This document shows positions 25,470 through 39,656 of a stretch of DNA of 64,000 bases, piece after piece (the first letter of the stretch is position 1; every line of letters starts with the position of its first letter). Below the pieces are notes generated by a model. It saw only the letters and a program-made list of their open reading frames with translations. It searched no databases and was not told the DNA's origin. This stretch comes from Lama glama (taxonomy: Eukaryota), in contig CM052816.1 in assembly GCA_028534125.1 (NCBI GenBank), forward strand, positions 75,394,001 through 75,458,000. Direction: 5' to 3'. The translations under genes and the position numbers were made by a program.

Positions 25470-25631
25470 AGCTGTGCTTCTCAAACTTTATTGTGTATGT
25501 AGTTGCCAGAATCTTAATGAAATGCAGATTCTAATTCAGCAAGTCAAGAATAAAGTCTCAGATTCTGTCTTTCAAACAGGCTCCCAAATAATGCTGCTGC
25601 TGCGGCAGGCGTCCCACTTTGCGTAGCTAGG
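25470..25631. mobile_element. MER5-family hAT-Charlie MITE
   Basis: gtgcttctcaaacttta...aaatgcagattctaattcagc...aacaggctccc...ccactttgcgtagc. Confidence 0.75.
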
Positions 25632-25750
25632 CTGTGGAGTCCAGCTTTGGAACAACTGATAGGTCTTGACTTTTCCATGAGATTTACTTGGGGGGAAGAG
25701 TTAATGACCAAATCTTCAATAATAAAACAAACAGTTTTGGGGGAGGAATT

Positions 25751-26181
25751 ATTATAGGAAAGAAGAAAGCCAAACCTAGTCAACCTAAAAGCACCAGTAA
25801 CTACCGTGGTCGGATGAAGTCAGATTTATTCACCCACACAATGAGAAAGACCACACAGAAGATGAAACACGGGTTATCTCATCAAACTAAGGAAAACGGA
25901 CTTGTTACAGAGTCCTATGCAGCAGGGAGTTTAGATAAAATTTAAACACAAATTTAAGCCTATTTTGATAGGTTCGAAACAAAGTTAAGGCTGTGTAAGG
26001 GATCTGGACTGCAAAACGGTCTTGTTTCCTTTGGCTCTACAAAGTTAAGATAGCTGTGGCAGGCTGTGTGTGCAGAAACCCTGTCCCTGAAGTTCTGTTT
26101 CCCGTTCACTTTGCAGAACTAGTTTTATTTATGCCTGTTATTCCAGCCTGATGAATGGCCAGGGCAGATTTTACTTTCTCA
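25751..26181 (-). mobile_element. Probable old solo LTR, family unresolved
   Basis: On the minus strand it begins tgagaaagtaaaatctgccctgg and carries AATAAA about 70 nt from its end (tttatt at 25825-25830). Confidence 0.45.
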
Positions 26182-26194
26182 GTCCAAGCTATTT

Positions 26195-26620
26195 TTCAGT
26201 TTCTCAATTTATAAATGTTATAGAAATCCAACTCAAATTAATTTAAGCCAAGGGGGGGAAAAAAAGAGAAGGGTACTTTTGTGGCTAATTGAAACTGAGA
26301 AAGCAGCAGCTTTGAGGATAACCACATCTGCAATCTCACACATCATCAGGGCTTGGTTTTTCTCCATCTCTCAGATTTACTTGCCTCTGCATTCACTATA
26401 TTTAGGTAGGGTTTGAGTCGAGATGACCAAAGAGTACTTCTTTTTCCCAAAAATTTCAACCAAAAAAAAAAAAGAGTCTCATTATTCTGAGTAGGGCCTG
26501 AAGTCAATTTCCCAATCAAGCACACGAGAATGGAAAATGGTGTTTTACAAAGGAAATTGAAGCTCTAGACTAAAAGATGTGAGAAGTTGCTCTATTCAAG
26601 TACAAATACAGATGTCTTTT
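26195..26620 (-). mobile_element. MaLR LTR, MLT1K-like
   Basis: agaaatccaactcaaattaatttaagcc...tctccatctctcag...gcctctgc. Confidence 0.5.
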
Positions 26621-26784
26621 ACAGACTTTCCCCAAAGCCTGAAACCATGTCCTGTAGGGGGCACTTCCTTCCTTTACTTCTCAGTAAAGGCCTCGGTTGC
26701 TTTGACTTCAGTTCTGCATTCCAGAGGAGAGGAGAAAATAAAAACTAACTCTAAGTAAAGTTTTAACTGTTATGTTTTGGAGTC

Positions 26785-26900
26785 TTTTTTTCCAAAACTT
26801 TTTATTGTAAATAATTTCAAACTAACAGAAAAGTTGCAAAAACATTGCAGAGAACTTCCCCGTATACTTTCCTAGGAGTCATTTGTTAATTAATTTTTGC
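26785..26900 (-). mobile_element. Old L1M 3' end fragment
   Basis: tttttattgtaaataatttcaaactaacagaaaagttgcaaaaac...agagaacttccccgtatac. Confidence 0.6.
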
Positions 26901-28927
26901 AATACTAGATTAAATAGTGTGCTTAAACTATAAATTATTCACATTCCAGAAGCAATTAAGATGTCAGAATTGAAAAGTTTAAGAATCTATCTCCTTGAAG
27001 ACTTTTATATAATAAAGTAAGTCTTCATTCAAACTGTACAATATACTAAAGCACCACAGAGATTATGAAAATAAAGCCAATGGCTCATATGAAAAGAAAA
27101 GAAAGTAAAATGTAAAAATGTATATATTGTACATCTTTAGGGTGTATAATGTATGGGAGGATGTTAGGTGTGCTGTTTAGTCTGAATAAGATACGAGACT
27201 TTAACTGTGGGGGAAGTGACCAGCAATTCTTCTGAAAGAGGCCATTTCCAGAGGAAAGTTGCAATGTAGTCACATAAATTCTATAATGGAAGGAAATTAT
27301 AGCCTTGGTAACACCAAATCATTTCTCCCTAATCAATGCTAATCATGGGAGATCCAGAAGTCACCAGATCAGTTCTGGGTCACAGTTGAAATCACCTCTA
27401 AACTATACAAATGCTAAGGGAACTACATGACACTGGAAGCCAAAGATGGTTATGCCTGATGTGTGCTGTTTGTGTAACACTTCAACATAGTGACCTGCAA
27501 TGCTTAGGAAATCACAATACCTTTTATATTTAATAAATTAAAATCACTATTACATATAATTAGTATTTTTAATTTAAAAGTCTAATTGGTATTATACCTA
27601 CTTTCTTTTTTCTCACCTCATGCTTCTTTAGATCGTGATGATGATATTGATATTTACTGATAAATATTAGCGCTAGGAGGACCTAGCCTGTATTAAAAAT
27701 TATTTTATGTACTAGTACTTTCTTTATATAATTTTATTTAATTGTCAAATATCTATCTTGGTGTTTAAGTATTATCATCTCTATTTTTTTTTAATTTAAA
27801 GAAACCAAGAGTTTACGTTCGATAACTTGCCCAAGTTCATACAAGCCAATAAATGATTGAACCAGGATGTAGAGGCAGACATGTCTCAGTCAATTGACTC
27901 ATTGGACCGCCAAAAAGCTCCCTGAAGAATATAATACTAATGACCTAAAAAATTATACAATAGTTGTTTCATTGCTATTGATAATTTAGCTCCCCTTCCT
28001 GGTAACAAAAAGGGTAGAGAACAGTCTTCCTTCTTGCAGAATTAGACTAGATAAAGCAGATCAGTAATGATTGTTTTTTAATAACATACAACATAGCTTA
28101 TGCTGTTATCACATGTGCTTATGGGAACTAAATTGAATCATTTTTTCCACTTCACCTTCTTGTTTCCACACTGCATTTTGTTCAGAACCTGGTGATCATA
28201 AGCCTTCTTCTCTTAACTATGGAGCTCACAGGGGTCTGCTACTAACATTCGGGAGAGGGCAGAACAATGAATGAGCTTTCACTAATCCTTGCGATTATTT
28301 CCGTAGATAGTTATGGAACAGATCAATAAGCGAAATTATTAAAAGGCAATTTGGGAGAATAAAGAAGCTGTGCAAACAAACATCTTGTTGATCAGTGGAC
28401 ATTAATGAGTTACCTCATTCAGTAATTTGCTTTAGGACCTACCTAGGAAATACCTCATCCTTTGAATGCTTAAAATATTTTATTATTTGACAAAATAAAC
28501 ACACCATCTATGCTTTGAGTAGAGTGATGTATATATTTCCTTCAAGTGTATCATGAAAGCTCACAATTACAGTTTCAAGAATTTTTATATATAATTCATT
28601 CACCAAATACTTATTGAATATGCAGTATGTTCTAGGCTGGGGCTACAACAGTGAACAAAGCAGACAAAAATTACAGCTGTTTTAGACCTTAAAGTCTAGT
28701 GAGGAGACTGACAATACACAAAATAAATAAGTAATTTTATGGTATATTGGTGACATGGGAAAAATAAATCAAAGAAGGGGGATTTGGAATATGTAGGTGA
28801 CTATAATTTTAAACGAGAAATTGAGAAAAGTCTCCCTGAAAAAGGTGACATTTGAGCAAAGATCACCTTTACTCAAAAGTAAAGTGAACCATGCCAATGT
28901 CTGGAAAAGAGAACACTCCAGGCAGAG

Positions 28928-29361
28928 TTTATCAGACATCCCTTATGCATCCCTGAGATCCTCTTGGCCTCATTTGTGTCTTGCTCCAGTTCTGTGTAGA
29001 CTCTGACTGATTTCATTTCTTTCCTTCTGCCCCAGGGCTTCCTGTTGTTACTGCTGCAGACCCTTGGGCGCCTAAACCCACACACGTGCAGGTTGGAATG
29101 CAGGGAATAATGCCGTTTAACTAATGCAGTAGAGGTGTCTGTGGATACATTCTTTTCTTTTAAGTTTCCCCATGAACACAGCTGCTCAAAGTGCAGTCTC
29201 ATGAACTGAATAACTAATTGCCCCAAAAGGAAGCCAGCTCAATGTGTCCTTGCATTGGCTCTCCCTTCTTTCCTGCATCTCTCTTCTTGTCCCTGGGACC
29301 AGACTCCTTGATTATCACATAAGCTCTATACTTCTGTTTCGGGGTAGCTGAAGCTAAGACA
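28928..29361 (+). mobile_element. ERVL solo LTR, LTR33-like, nested in L2
   Basis: atcctcttggcc...ttctgccccagggctt...gtggatacat...cattggctctcccttc...ctgtttcggggtagctgaagctaagaca. Confidence 0.7.
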
Positions 29362-29527
29362 CAAATGGCAATAAAAGTGCAAAGTCCTGAGGTAGAAATC
29401 CAATTGGCGAGCTAAAGAACAGCAGGAAGTCCATTGCAGTAACACCAGATGGAGCTAAGGGAAGGATGAAAGGAGACTGAAGGCTCAACCACGTAGGGCC
29501 TTATAGACATTAAGAATTGAGGATTTG

Positions 29528-29957
29528 CCTAGAGATTATCATATTAAGTGAAGCAAGTCAGACAGAGAAAGACAAATATCATGTGAGATCATTTATATGT
29601 GGAATCTGAAAAAGATACAAATTGTATTTACAAACCAGAAATAGACTCAAAGACATAGAATACTAACTATGGTTACCAAAGGGGAAAGTGGAGGAGGGAT
29701 AAATTAGGAGTTTCAGATCAACAGATACACACTACTGTATATAAAATAGATAAACCACAAGGACCTAACTGTATAGCACAGAGAACTGTATTCAATTTCT
29801 TGTAATGAGCTATAATGGAAACGAATCTAAATATATATGTGTGTGTATGTGTATGTATAAGTGATAAACTTTGCCCTACACCTGAAACTAACATTGCAAA
29901 TCAACTACACTTTAAAAAAAAAAAACTAAAAAAAGAAAGAGAAAAAAATATGCTAAA
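29528..29957 (+). mobile_element. L1 3' end with polyA and 16-bp TSD, nested in L2
   Basis: TSD aagaattgaggatttg (29512-29527) / aagaattgaggctttg (29958-29973); TT|AAGA endonuclease-type site. Confidence 0.92.
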
Positions 29958-31929
29958 AAGAATTGAGGCTTTGATTCTGATTGATATGGGAAGTTACTGA
30001 CAGGATCTGACTTCTGATTTAACAGATTACTGTGAGCACACTGTCCATAAAGACTAAATAGCAGCAAGGGTGAAAATAGAAACCAGACAGAGTTTTCTGT
30101 CACAATTCTGATAAGAGATGATGGTGGTTTGGGCCAGTAGCAGCAGAGATGAAGGAGATGTGGGGGATTCTTGTTACATTTTGAAGGTAAATAGATCAGG
30201 ACTTTCTTTATGGAGTTAGAAAGAAAGAAGAAGCAAGGATAACTCTTAGGGAAACTTGAGTTTATACGAGCTGAAAAGAGAAAAACAAGGAAAGAGTAGG
30301 TATGGGGGGAAGCTCAAGGATTCAGTTTTGGACATACTTAGTTCAATAAATCCATGACATCCCAGTGAAGATGTCAAGGAAAAAGTTGCAAGTATGTGTC
30401 TGGATTTCAAGGGAAAGTTACAGGATGGTAATCATCAAAGTGTTTGGATTAAAATTCAAGAGACTGAATGAGATTATCAAAGAAGTAGTGTTACTAGAGA
30501 AAAGAAAATGTGCCGGTACTGAGCCCCAGGACACTCCACCATTAAAGAGAGGGAGATAGAGAGGAATGAAGAATGGTCAGTGAAGATGATGAAAACCAGG
30601 GGAGAGCGGTGTCCTGGAAGTTTAGCAAAGAAGGCACTTCAAAAAGAAAAGCAAATAAAATGAAAGAAAAGAAATGAGTGATCTATTGTCCTGAATACTG
30701 CGGAAAGGACAAAAAAGCTGAGTATGGAAAACTGATCTTTGGATTTAACAAATGGAACTTATTGCTGAAAACAATACTTTTATTGGAATTATAGAGATAA
30801 AAAGCATCACTTGTGTGGGTTTAAAAGAGAATGGGAGAAGAGGTAGTGAGTAAAGACCACATTTTTGAGGAGTTTTGCTGTAGAGGAGAGCACAATAAAA
30901 AAATACTAGAGAGAAAAGTGAGGTAAAGAAAGTTTACTTAAGAAGGTGAAATAATGGTTTATAAGTAGATAACGGGAATAATCAGTGGGAAAGAAAACTG
31001 ATGATATAGTAACGGAGTATTACTGGGGCAATGACCCTGAGAGTGTGAGGAGAATGAAATTTGACAGCCAGTTGAAGAAGTTGTCCTTACTGGGAACAGA
31101 CACTTCATCCATAATAGCAAGAGGAAAGCAGAACGTAATAAGGGCACAGGTGGTTGGTGGATAGATGTAGTGTGGGAACTTGTAGATCTTCTATGATTGC
31201 CATGGTATACTCACTGAAACTGAGAGCAAATTCATCAGCTGAGAGTAAGGACGAGTGGGGAGATGTTGAAGGTAGAGAGAGAGGAGAGGGCATGAAATAG
31301 TCATCTATCATCCTTTCTGTTAAAAATTCTAGATTTCTTTCATTCTAAGACATCCACTCCCATCTCACCCAACCCAATTACCAATGCTGAATGGCAACCA
31401 GAATAGAAGAATTCAGGGAGGGGTACTATGGTGAGGTAAATGGCTCTGCCCAGTCAATTCCTCTATTTTACGTGGGCCACAGGGTTGGGGCTAAGAGTGG
31501 GATCTGTTTCTATTAAATGTTTTTTAACAACAGTGCATTAGTCTTTATGTCCAATCCCAGGGATGCAGTAGGCACCAGACCAGTCCTGTAGGATGGCGTC
31601 AGGCAGACCTAAGAGATGGTAAAGGATAAAATTTTAAGTGTAAAAGAATATATTCATAGATAAAAATTTCTCAGTGTAGGTTAAACAGAATTCACAATGT
31701 AGATTAAATAGGAAACCAGAAAGCTAATATCAAAAAAGAGAACATATTTCGTCAAGTATAAATTCTCAACACTGACTTAACAGTATATAGGTTATTTTTT
31801 AAATGCTTTCTATACATCATGTTTACAATTAATCAAAGGTAATGATGCATAGATGAAAGATATTGAATTATTAAGTGGTACAAATTTTGAAAATCAAGAT
31901 ATGCTCAAACATATGGTATAGATTAGTTG

Positions 31930-33000
31930 TTCAATCAACAAACACTTGCTGAGGAAACATCATTTGATAGACTCCATGTTGTATCTATATCTGAGGATAC
32001 AGAGATGAATAAAATACTAGTTTCATTATGGAAAGTCAAGTTTTGGGGGAAAAAACAGATGAACATCAGTTAAAAAGTGTTAAGTACTAGAAATAAATAT
32101 GTATTTCCATGAGCACATGTCAATAGGGTCAATTCAGTTGGTTGAGGGTAGTAACATTGATTAAGGTTGATATTAAAGGATCAACGTGCCAAATGAAAAA
32201 TGGTGTAGGGGTTTTACAAGCATAAGACAGCATGACAAAACAACGGAAGAATGTGGAAGACTGGGGGCTCAGTGATTGATACACAGGTGTATTGTGGGAA
32301 TTGGTGGAAGAAGAATAATAGATTGGAGTTCTACTGTGCCATGGGCTTTATCCTGCAGGTAACAAGGGAGGATGTGACCTATTCCCAAGAGGGAAGTGAA
32401 CCATATTCCAGCATGAGACCTAGATCTGGATACTGGTTGAATAGAATATTATCTGAGTAGTCATAGGACTATAACAAATTATGTACAAAAGAGAACACAA
32501 CTGCTCAGCATTGAGAAAGTCACATATGTCACGTGTGAGCATTTGAGTACCCTAGGTGAAGTCAAGAGTATCAAAAGGGGAGTGGTTGAAGGAATGGGTG
32601 GATAACAAAAAAGCATGGGTAAAGTAAAATCAAGGTTCCCAAGGCCTGGAGAAGCAAAGATTTGTTTAATTGACCTCTGGCTAGGACATGGATGAGTCAG
32701 CCTGGTTAAAAGGAATATAGATGGGGGAGTTCTCACACAGGGAGACATTGATGGTTGTCAAGCAAGGAGCTAACATAATCTGGTTAGTATTTTAGAAGAA
32801 TTGCACTGAGGTATGGTGAAAGACAGAGAGGAGGTATAGTAAACGGGGGTCAGGAAGAGCATTCTTTTGTGAAAGTGAGAGTTTGATGAAGGTCTGAGCT
32901 AGGGCAGTGTCCATGAGCTGGAGGAGTTTGATCAGGAAAGGGAAAGATGTTATGATGCCAGAATGGTTGTGAGAAGACTTCAAGGTCATTTGCAAGATGG
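31930..33000 (-). mobile_element. Degenerate L2 fragments
   Basis: ttcaatcaacaaacacttgctgag...gaggatacagagatgaataaa; later gcaaggagctaacataatctgg. Confidence 0.5.
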
Positions 33001-36000
33001 GCAGAAGTTAGCTTGATAGTGAAGAATGAGGAAGGGACTCCATATTGGAGGGAAGGGCAGCAGAACTTTTCACAGGAGAGCAGATTTGGTAGATCCCCAA
33101 GCCTGACCTCATCTGGCATTTTGATATTCATATCTGGTTCCTGGTATTAGCAGCATCTCTTGGAAAGAATTTGTAAGTGGGCCTCAGCTTCATACTGGTT
33201 ATTGTCCAGTGGTCTCCTGAATCGGTCACTTTAAAAAGTTTTAGCACAAAATCCTTGGTTGGAAATCAATGCAGAAAGAGCTAATCTGTGGGCTCAAGTT
33301 CATTTAGGAGTCTACTAAGAAACTTCCTGTGGTTCTCAACAATCCATTCCCACCATCTCCAAGGATATGAACCCTTCTTAAATGCAGCTGAACTTCTACA
33401 CAGGTTTATACACCCTGGTGTAGTGGATAGAACCTGAGGTGTGACCACATAGTAGCTAAATGATTGATGAAAGTTACCTTGCAACAGGAAAAGACGGCTG
33501 TCTGTCAAAATAAAAGATGATACGGCTTGAGTATCTGCACACTGAGCTGCAATCACTTCCACGGAGACGTTCTGCAGACTGGTCACTGCTTTTTAATGAT
33601 GTCATTGACGTCAGATGGTGTCTAGTGCAACCAGCTATTTTTATGTATCCATTGAAAGTGCAGCAGCTATCTCTCCTCTGAATTAGATCACAGAACAGCA
33701 GTGAAACACATGCTTCTGACATAAGGTAGATGAACAGGCACTTCTTGGTTATGTTAGAGAGAATATAAGTTTTTCTCAATCTGCCTTGAAGCAATGGTTA
33801 CCGTTGTCAATTGTACAAATCACTGGGAACTTTTTCTTGAAGAATTTGCTAGGAAGGAATGAAGAAAGGAAATATTTTGCTCTGCTGATCTGAGGGTAAC
33901 TACAAGAAAGCTGAGCACAGCACACAGCACAAACCCATCTCTAGGAGAGCGGCGGGATTGTCAATGCCAGACAAGGATAGGAGTGAGTGTAAAATGTTCA
34001 TGTCCTTTTCTTCATCTTAATGCTGATTCCTTTGATGAAATGGAAAGTGGATGATCAGATCCAGGGCCAAGAAGATTATCCAGGCCCCATGACTCTGAGG
34101 GGCACCTTCTGTGACATTGAGACTACGGTTCCCAAAGCTAATCTGAATTATTCCAATAAGATATATTCTGACGCAGATGTTACTGAAAATACCTCCTGAT
34201 GTTACCAGATCGTAATCTTTGGACTAGGAAACATACATAAGAACACAGCAGCAGCACGACTACCACTGGTATTCTCAGCAGAGTCTCCAGAGTGGCTTTG
34301 AACATATTTTCATGCGCTTTCATATTTTGATTAGAAATAAAACAAACAAAGAAATCAAACAATGATCAACAGGATCGCACAACGTACATTGAAGAGAAGT
34401 CCCTTAACCATAATACGGAGGTCATGTTTAAATCCCCCTATGTAAAATTAGTTTCTTATACATAGAATTTTGCTGGTTGCAGAAAAATAGGAACTCCTTA
34501 TTTCCTAAAATTTGGGGGGTAAGATGAGGAAAAATTAATATTCATATTCAAAGCCATCAATTTTTTGTGACTGTTTTGCTTTCCCAGGTCAGTGCAGACA
34601 TTTCAGCAAGACCCTTGGTTTGCTGGGCTGTAGTATATGAAAGGCAGTTTATAAATTCTGAATTTTAAACTGCAGACAATAATATCAGCTCCCAAATGTC
34701 AGGCATCATGAGGAATTGGCTTTTCAACTTTTCAAACCATCTACTTCCCTTGCTTCCAAAATGTCAAATGTAAAGTCTCCTGATTTTAAAAAGCTATGCA
34801 AAGCATGTTGTTAGTATTATTTTTTGCAGCAATCATAGTACTTGATGCACAATCTTTCCAAAGCTTTTCTCATATGTAAAAGCCTGTGTTATTTGCCTGA
34901 TGTTCTAATTGTTCAGACTAAGTCAGCTTTTAAGTAAATTAATCAATAAAATCCAACTGCCCCAATGTAGCACATTTGAAATGATTGATTTCCCCACTTC
35001 AATAGTACTAAAATTTGTGTTTTTAAAATGTCGATCTAATGGTTAATTAATCTCTTATTTTTAATTTGTCTTTTGTTCCAGACACACAGATGTTCATTTG
35101 CCCTTTTGGAAAGTGAAGGTAGAGCAGCTAATACAGAATTTCAAGGCTCATGAAATTTTCTTCGTTAACATCTTAATCTAGCAAAACTGACATAAGAATT
35201 GCGCCTTGAATTTCATGGAATCTTGCTACAGAGAAGTATTAAAAACTGGGCCATTATGCCTTTTTTCTCTTTTTATCAAAGCTCAAACAGAAATACTCAT
35301 TACTGAAAAGTATAGAAATTAAACCACAGATTGTTTGATAGCTGTTTGATTTATTTGTAAATGTACCTGTTTTCATTCATTCAGTGCGTATTTATAGAGT
35401 ATCTACCAGGTTCTAGACTAGGTAAGAAATACAAGGGTAAATAAAGCACAATTTCTGGCTTCACGGAGTTGGAATTTAAGGCGGGAGCAGGTTATAACCA
35501 TAGCCACAGATAGCTAGAAATTAGTGGGTCGAAGGCTACTCATTTCTCCGTTCTGGAAATGACTTGGAAATTGAGTTCGTGGATTTCTGAAAATGAAAAC
35601 TACGCGATAAGTCTTGAAAAACTTACCTAAACTATAACGTAACATAGCTCTGAAGGATACCCCTTCCTTGCTTCAGTCACATTATCATCCGCTTTTACCC
35701 TAGTATTCAGTGATACCCCCTACAACCTGAGGCAGGGCACAATGCCCTTATATATTCTACAACACAAACAAATACTGATTCCTAAGTGAGCTTCATAGAA
35801 AAAGTTGTATGTATTGCTTCATTTTCAGCAAATGACTTCTCCATTTTCTGTTTTATCTCTCAGGAAAAACAAGTTGGCAGTCTAGTCAATTCCAATGGTC
35901 CTGAGTTTGTCTTCTGTTACAGAGGGAGCACGTAACTTTCAGGTGGCTTAATTGCTAAGCAAAATCGTCAACACAGAAGACGCAAAAACCCTTCCTCCAT

Positions 36001-36029
36001 ATTGGCAACAGAAGAAAATAAATATAGTC

Positions 36030-36200
36030 ATATTATACATGTATCAAATATCTCTGGAAATACACAGGAAACTGGTAACATCGGTTGCCTCCAGAATTGG
36101 GACCCGAATGACTTAGAGGCAGTGACTGTATAAACATTTTCATTGTATGTCTTTGTAAGCCTTTTAAACATTTGAAATGTGTATATATTATCTATTTGAA
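36030..36200 (+). mobile_element. L1ME-like 3' end fragment
   Basis: tctctggaaatacacaggaaactggtaacatcggttgcctcc. Confidence 0.6.
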
Positions 36201-39200
36201 CACACATACACAACACACATGTAGGTATGCTTGAGATTAGAAGTTTCTCAGGCACTAAACAGAATATTCACCGTTAGTTTCAAGACCTGTCATTGATCTA
36301 GCTCTCTCCTAAACTGGAGGATCCTGAGATTCCATGGTTTCCTCTCCCCAGTCAAGCCAGCATTCTTTTCCTTGTTCTATTTTCCTTTTCTGCACCACCT
36401 TTCTCTGCATCTTAAATGCCTACAATTTTCAGCTTTCCATTTTCCAATTTCAGCTTGACTCCACCCCGACCCCCTCTCTCCTTTTGTGCCCAAGGTATTT
36501 CAGTCTCTGGGAAGCTGCCTTTTTTAAGTAAGGGGAGCAATATTTTTGAGAACCTGCAGGTGGTATATGAACAATGGTTTCTCCTACCCTGTACTCCTAC
36601 CCCTGCCCTCCATATAGAAATATACGTTTCTTATAAAATAAATTAAAATTTAAGTTGATATATGAAAAATATATGAAACTCTGGCAATTTATATCTGGCT
36701 TTCTCCACAGTGATCTGTGATCTCAGATGAGGCTGCCGGTCTGTGATCGTGAGCCTCCCAGGTGCAAATACACATTGTCTCGAGTGGGAAGGAGGTCAGC
36801 CTCTCTCACTTATCTCCAAGATATCAGAAAGGAAGGATGCTCTCTTCTTCCTGCTTAAGGACTTCTTGAGGCCACATAATTTTTACCCCATCTGAGACAA
36901 CCAGTGAGTAACCTAAGAAAGTATTTTTTCCCTCCTACATTAAAAAAAGTACCTACTTTTTCCTCCCTGAATTTCCTTTTGTAGAGAATACCTCTATCTC
37001 TGCCTGACTGAGTCCAGATATGTACCTATTACATCTAAAATGACATTTTAAATGAAAGATCAGTCATATAGTTCAAGAAAGAAGTGCCTTTCTTTTAAGT
37101 GATACTCTATTTTGAGTGATAAGGAATCTAGAATGTGGAGTAAGCCTATTATAAGAATCCTCAAAACAAAGGAACTAATGTTGCCTAATAAAATTCATGA
37201 CTGTATCACCTTTTCAGATTTCATTCTAAAAGAAAACGAATATACTTGTTGTTTTCCTTTAAAAGAGCATTGGGAGGTATCTTTTGTTAGAATTCAGTCT
37301 GCTGCTAGGAAATTAAGAACAATATAATTGTATCACTAAACTGGGTCTGGTGTATTTCACTGTTAAACCTCTTAACAGGACATACGGAAGGACGTTTATA
37401 TAGAATGTCTTGAACTCTTACTTAAAACATGTATTGTGTATTTTTATATCTTGTCTCTCCAAATGTATATTTGCTCTTTCAGAAGGGAGCCAAATCTTAT
37501 TTAATCCACAGCATCGGTCTCAGTGTCTGACAGATAATACGTCTTCAAGAAATGGTTGAATAATAAATAACTTGAGAAACTGAGTTGAGAAACCATAGGG
37601 AGAGAGCAAGATACAGCCTGGAGGGGAAACATTTGGGTCAGTATGAATAAACCATTTTCTTAATGATCAGTATCCTCAGAAAGAAAATCAATTGACCATA
37701 AAAAACAACTTAAGAAGTTTTGCTTTATTTACAGAGAAAAATATTCTCTCTGCTTCAAAAAGTGGAAATGGTTATTTATTAAATATGTATAATTAGTTCA
37801 AAGGCAAAGTAAACTACTGTAGTTCTCAAATCATAGTCAATTAAAGCAAGGGATGTAAGAAACCAGAATAAAAAAGGGAAGATAAGGGGGGAAAGCAGGG
37901 CATATTAAGGGAGAAAATTAATGAAGAGGCATGAGTCTGTAAGGCAGAAGTGAAAATTTGAAGGGGTAGAGATTTCCAAGATGTTGGTTTGTTGTACGTT
38001 TTTATTGTTTATTTGGGTTGTGAAGCTCAGAGTAAATTTTTATTAATCAGCTCAGTCAGCTCTTTGATACTTTAAATGATAGCGATTGCTTTTCCTTATT
38101 GATGAATTCATTATTTGACTGCTGTTTGGTGCTCATGTGCTTGACCACTGAATGGTTAGAAGCTGCATTCTCTCCCTGAAATACGGTAACAGAGAAATGC
38201 AGCCCGGTATTCCCATGAAATCACCCCAAGAATCAACCTGAGAACTAGCTGGTCGTGACCCCTGATAGGCTCACTCCCCCATCCAGGTGCTGGAGGCCTC
38301 TAAATTTGAATTAGAATCATTCTGCATCAGAAGAATAGAAAGACTCAACATTTTTCTCAATGAGAAAAGCAGTATTAATTGCATATTTTTACTCTAATAA
38401 TAATAATACCTAACACTTATTAAATGGCTACCATGGACTCACTTGTAGATGCTGTGATTCACCTTTTATATTCATCATCTCATTTTCGCTGCTACAATCC
38501 TGAAAACAGAACAGGGGCCAAAGGTAGCCAATGCAAGTATGATGCTTACAAAACCTGCTACATGCGATCACAACTGCCATCCAGCTGTGCAGATCAGGGG
38601 AACTTGAACATGCAAAGGTAACTTTGCATAAGTTGGTCCTTTGGAATAAGGACCAACAGGAGTTTTCTCTCTACATATTTGAGAGCCAAGAAGCCAGCAA
38701 AGTTGTGTGGGACTGAGAAGGGATTAGATAAAGTTGAAATGAGAGTGAGGCTGCCAGAAAATGTCCCCAGTGGTGTGGTGACTAAAGAACTTTTGCCCCA
38801 AAGATGTCTACAGTTTAACTTGACTTTGTTCATGTCTGTTTAATGTATAGTCTAATATACTTCAAGAAAGTCTTCTACTCCAGCAAAATTTCCCTGTAAG
38901 GGAGTATGTTGATGTTTATTGGTCCATTTTGTGAAAGGGGGTTGAATTTTTGTGTGTATGTTGAAAGTAAGGGAAATAATCTAAGTCCTACCTCAGAGTC
39001 AACCAGTATGGGAGGAACAGCAGGAGCAAGACAGCAAATCAATTCATGAAATCAGAGCCCACTGATGGAAGCAGATATTCAAAGCCAGAGGTGACAATGA
39101 GAATGCAAGTCCCTCTGGAGCTCCTGGCAAACTTGAAAAGGAGTCTGTTCTTCTGCTGTTGAAGGAGGGGGGCCCAAATCAATCCTCTTTAGATCTGAAG

Positions 39201-39656
39201 GGTCAAGGGGAACGCCAGATACACAAATTACATTAATATCTGAACCAAGCCCCTTCCCTACAATTATTGCAGAAACCACAGGCAAAAGTTTGTGTCTATT
39301 GCCTGTTAGAAGACTAAAGGAATAGAAGTCTATGTATCGATTAAATCTCCTGAATAAAACTAGATTTCTGTTTTCCCTGTAAGAACTTCTTTTTTTTTTT
39401 AAAATAAGTTGGTCCCTAGAGAACTGATCACTGAACTAGAGGGAACATGTTAAATATGTAATTATTTCTCTAGAGCCTCAGACTTCCTTTCTCAGAGAAG
39501 TCCAAGAGACCTGGGCTAAGGTGGTGTATATGCACCAATATTTTGTGGTCAAAAGACTTTGTTCCCTTGTCACTGATAACACATTTATATGAGAGCTCAT
39601 TTGAGTTTTCTGTAAAATGGTCATTGAAGACATCGTGCATTTTGTGATTCACGGCC

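Larger units (their letters stand above)
28594..31310 (-). mobile_element. Long L2 (L2a-like) hosting nested LTR and L1 insertions
   Basis: Begins ttcattcaccaaatacttattga (antisense L2 tail), then aggtgacatttgagcaaag, ttcagttttggacat, actgagccccaggacactcca. Confidence 0.8.

Noticed and set aside
38162..38203. Small inverted repeat gctgcattctct / agagaaatgcagc
   Set aside because: Short and intergenic, with no tRNA/snoRNA features; expected by chance in 64 kb.
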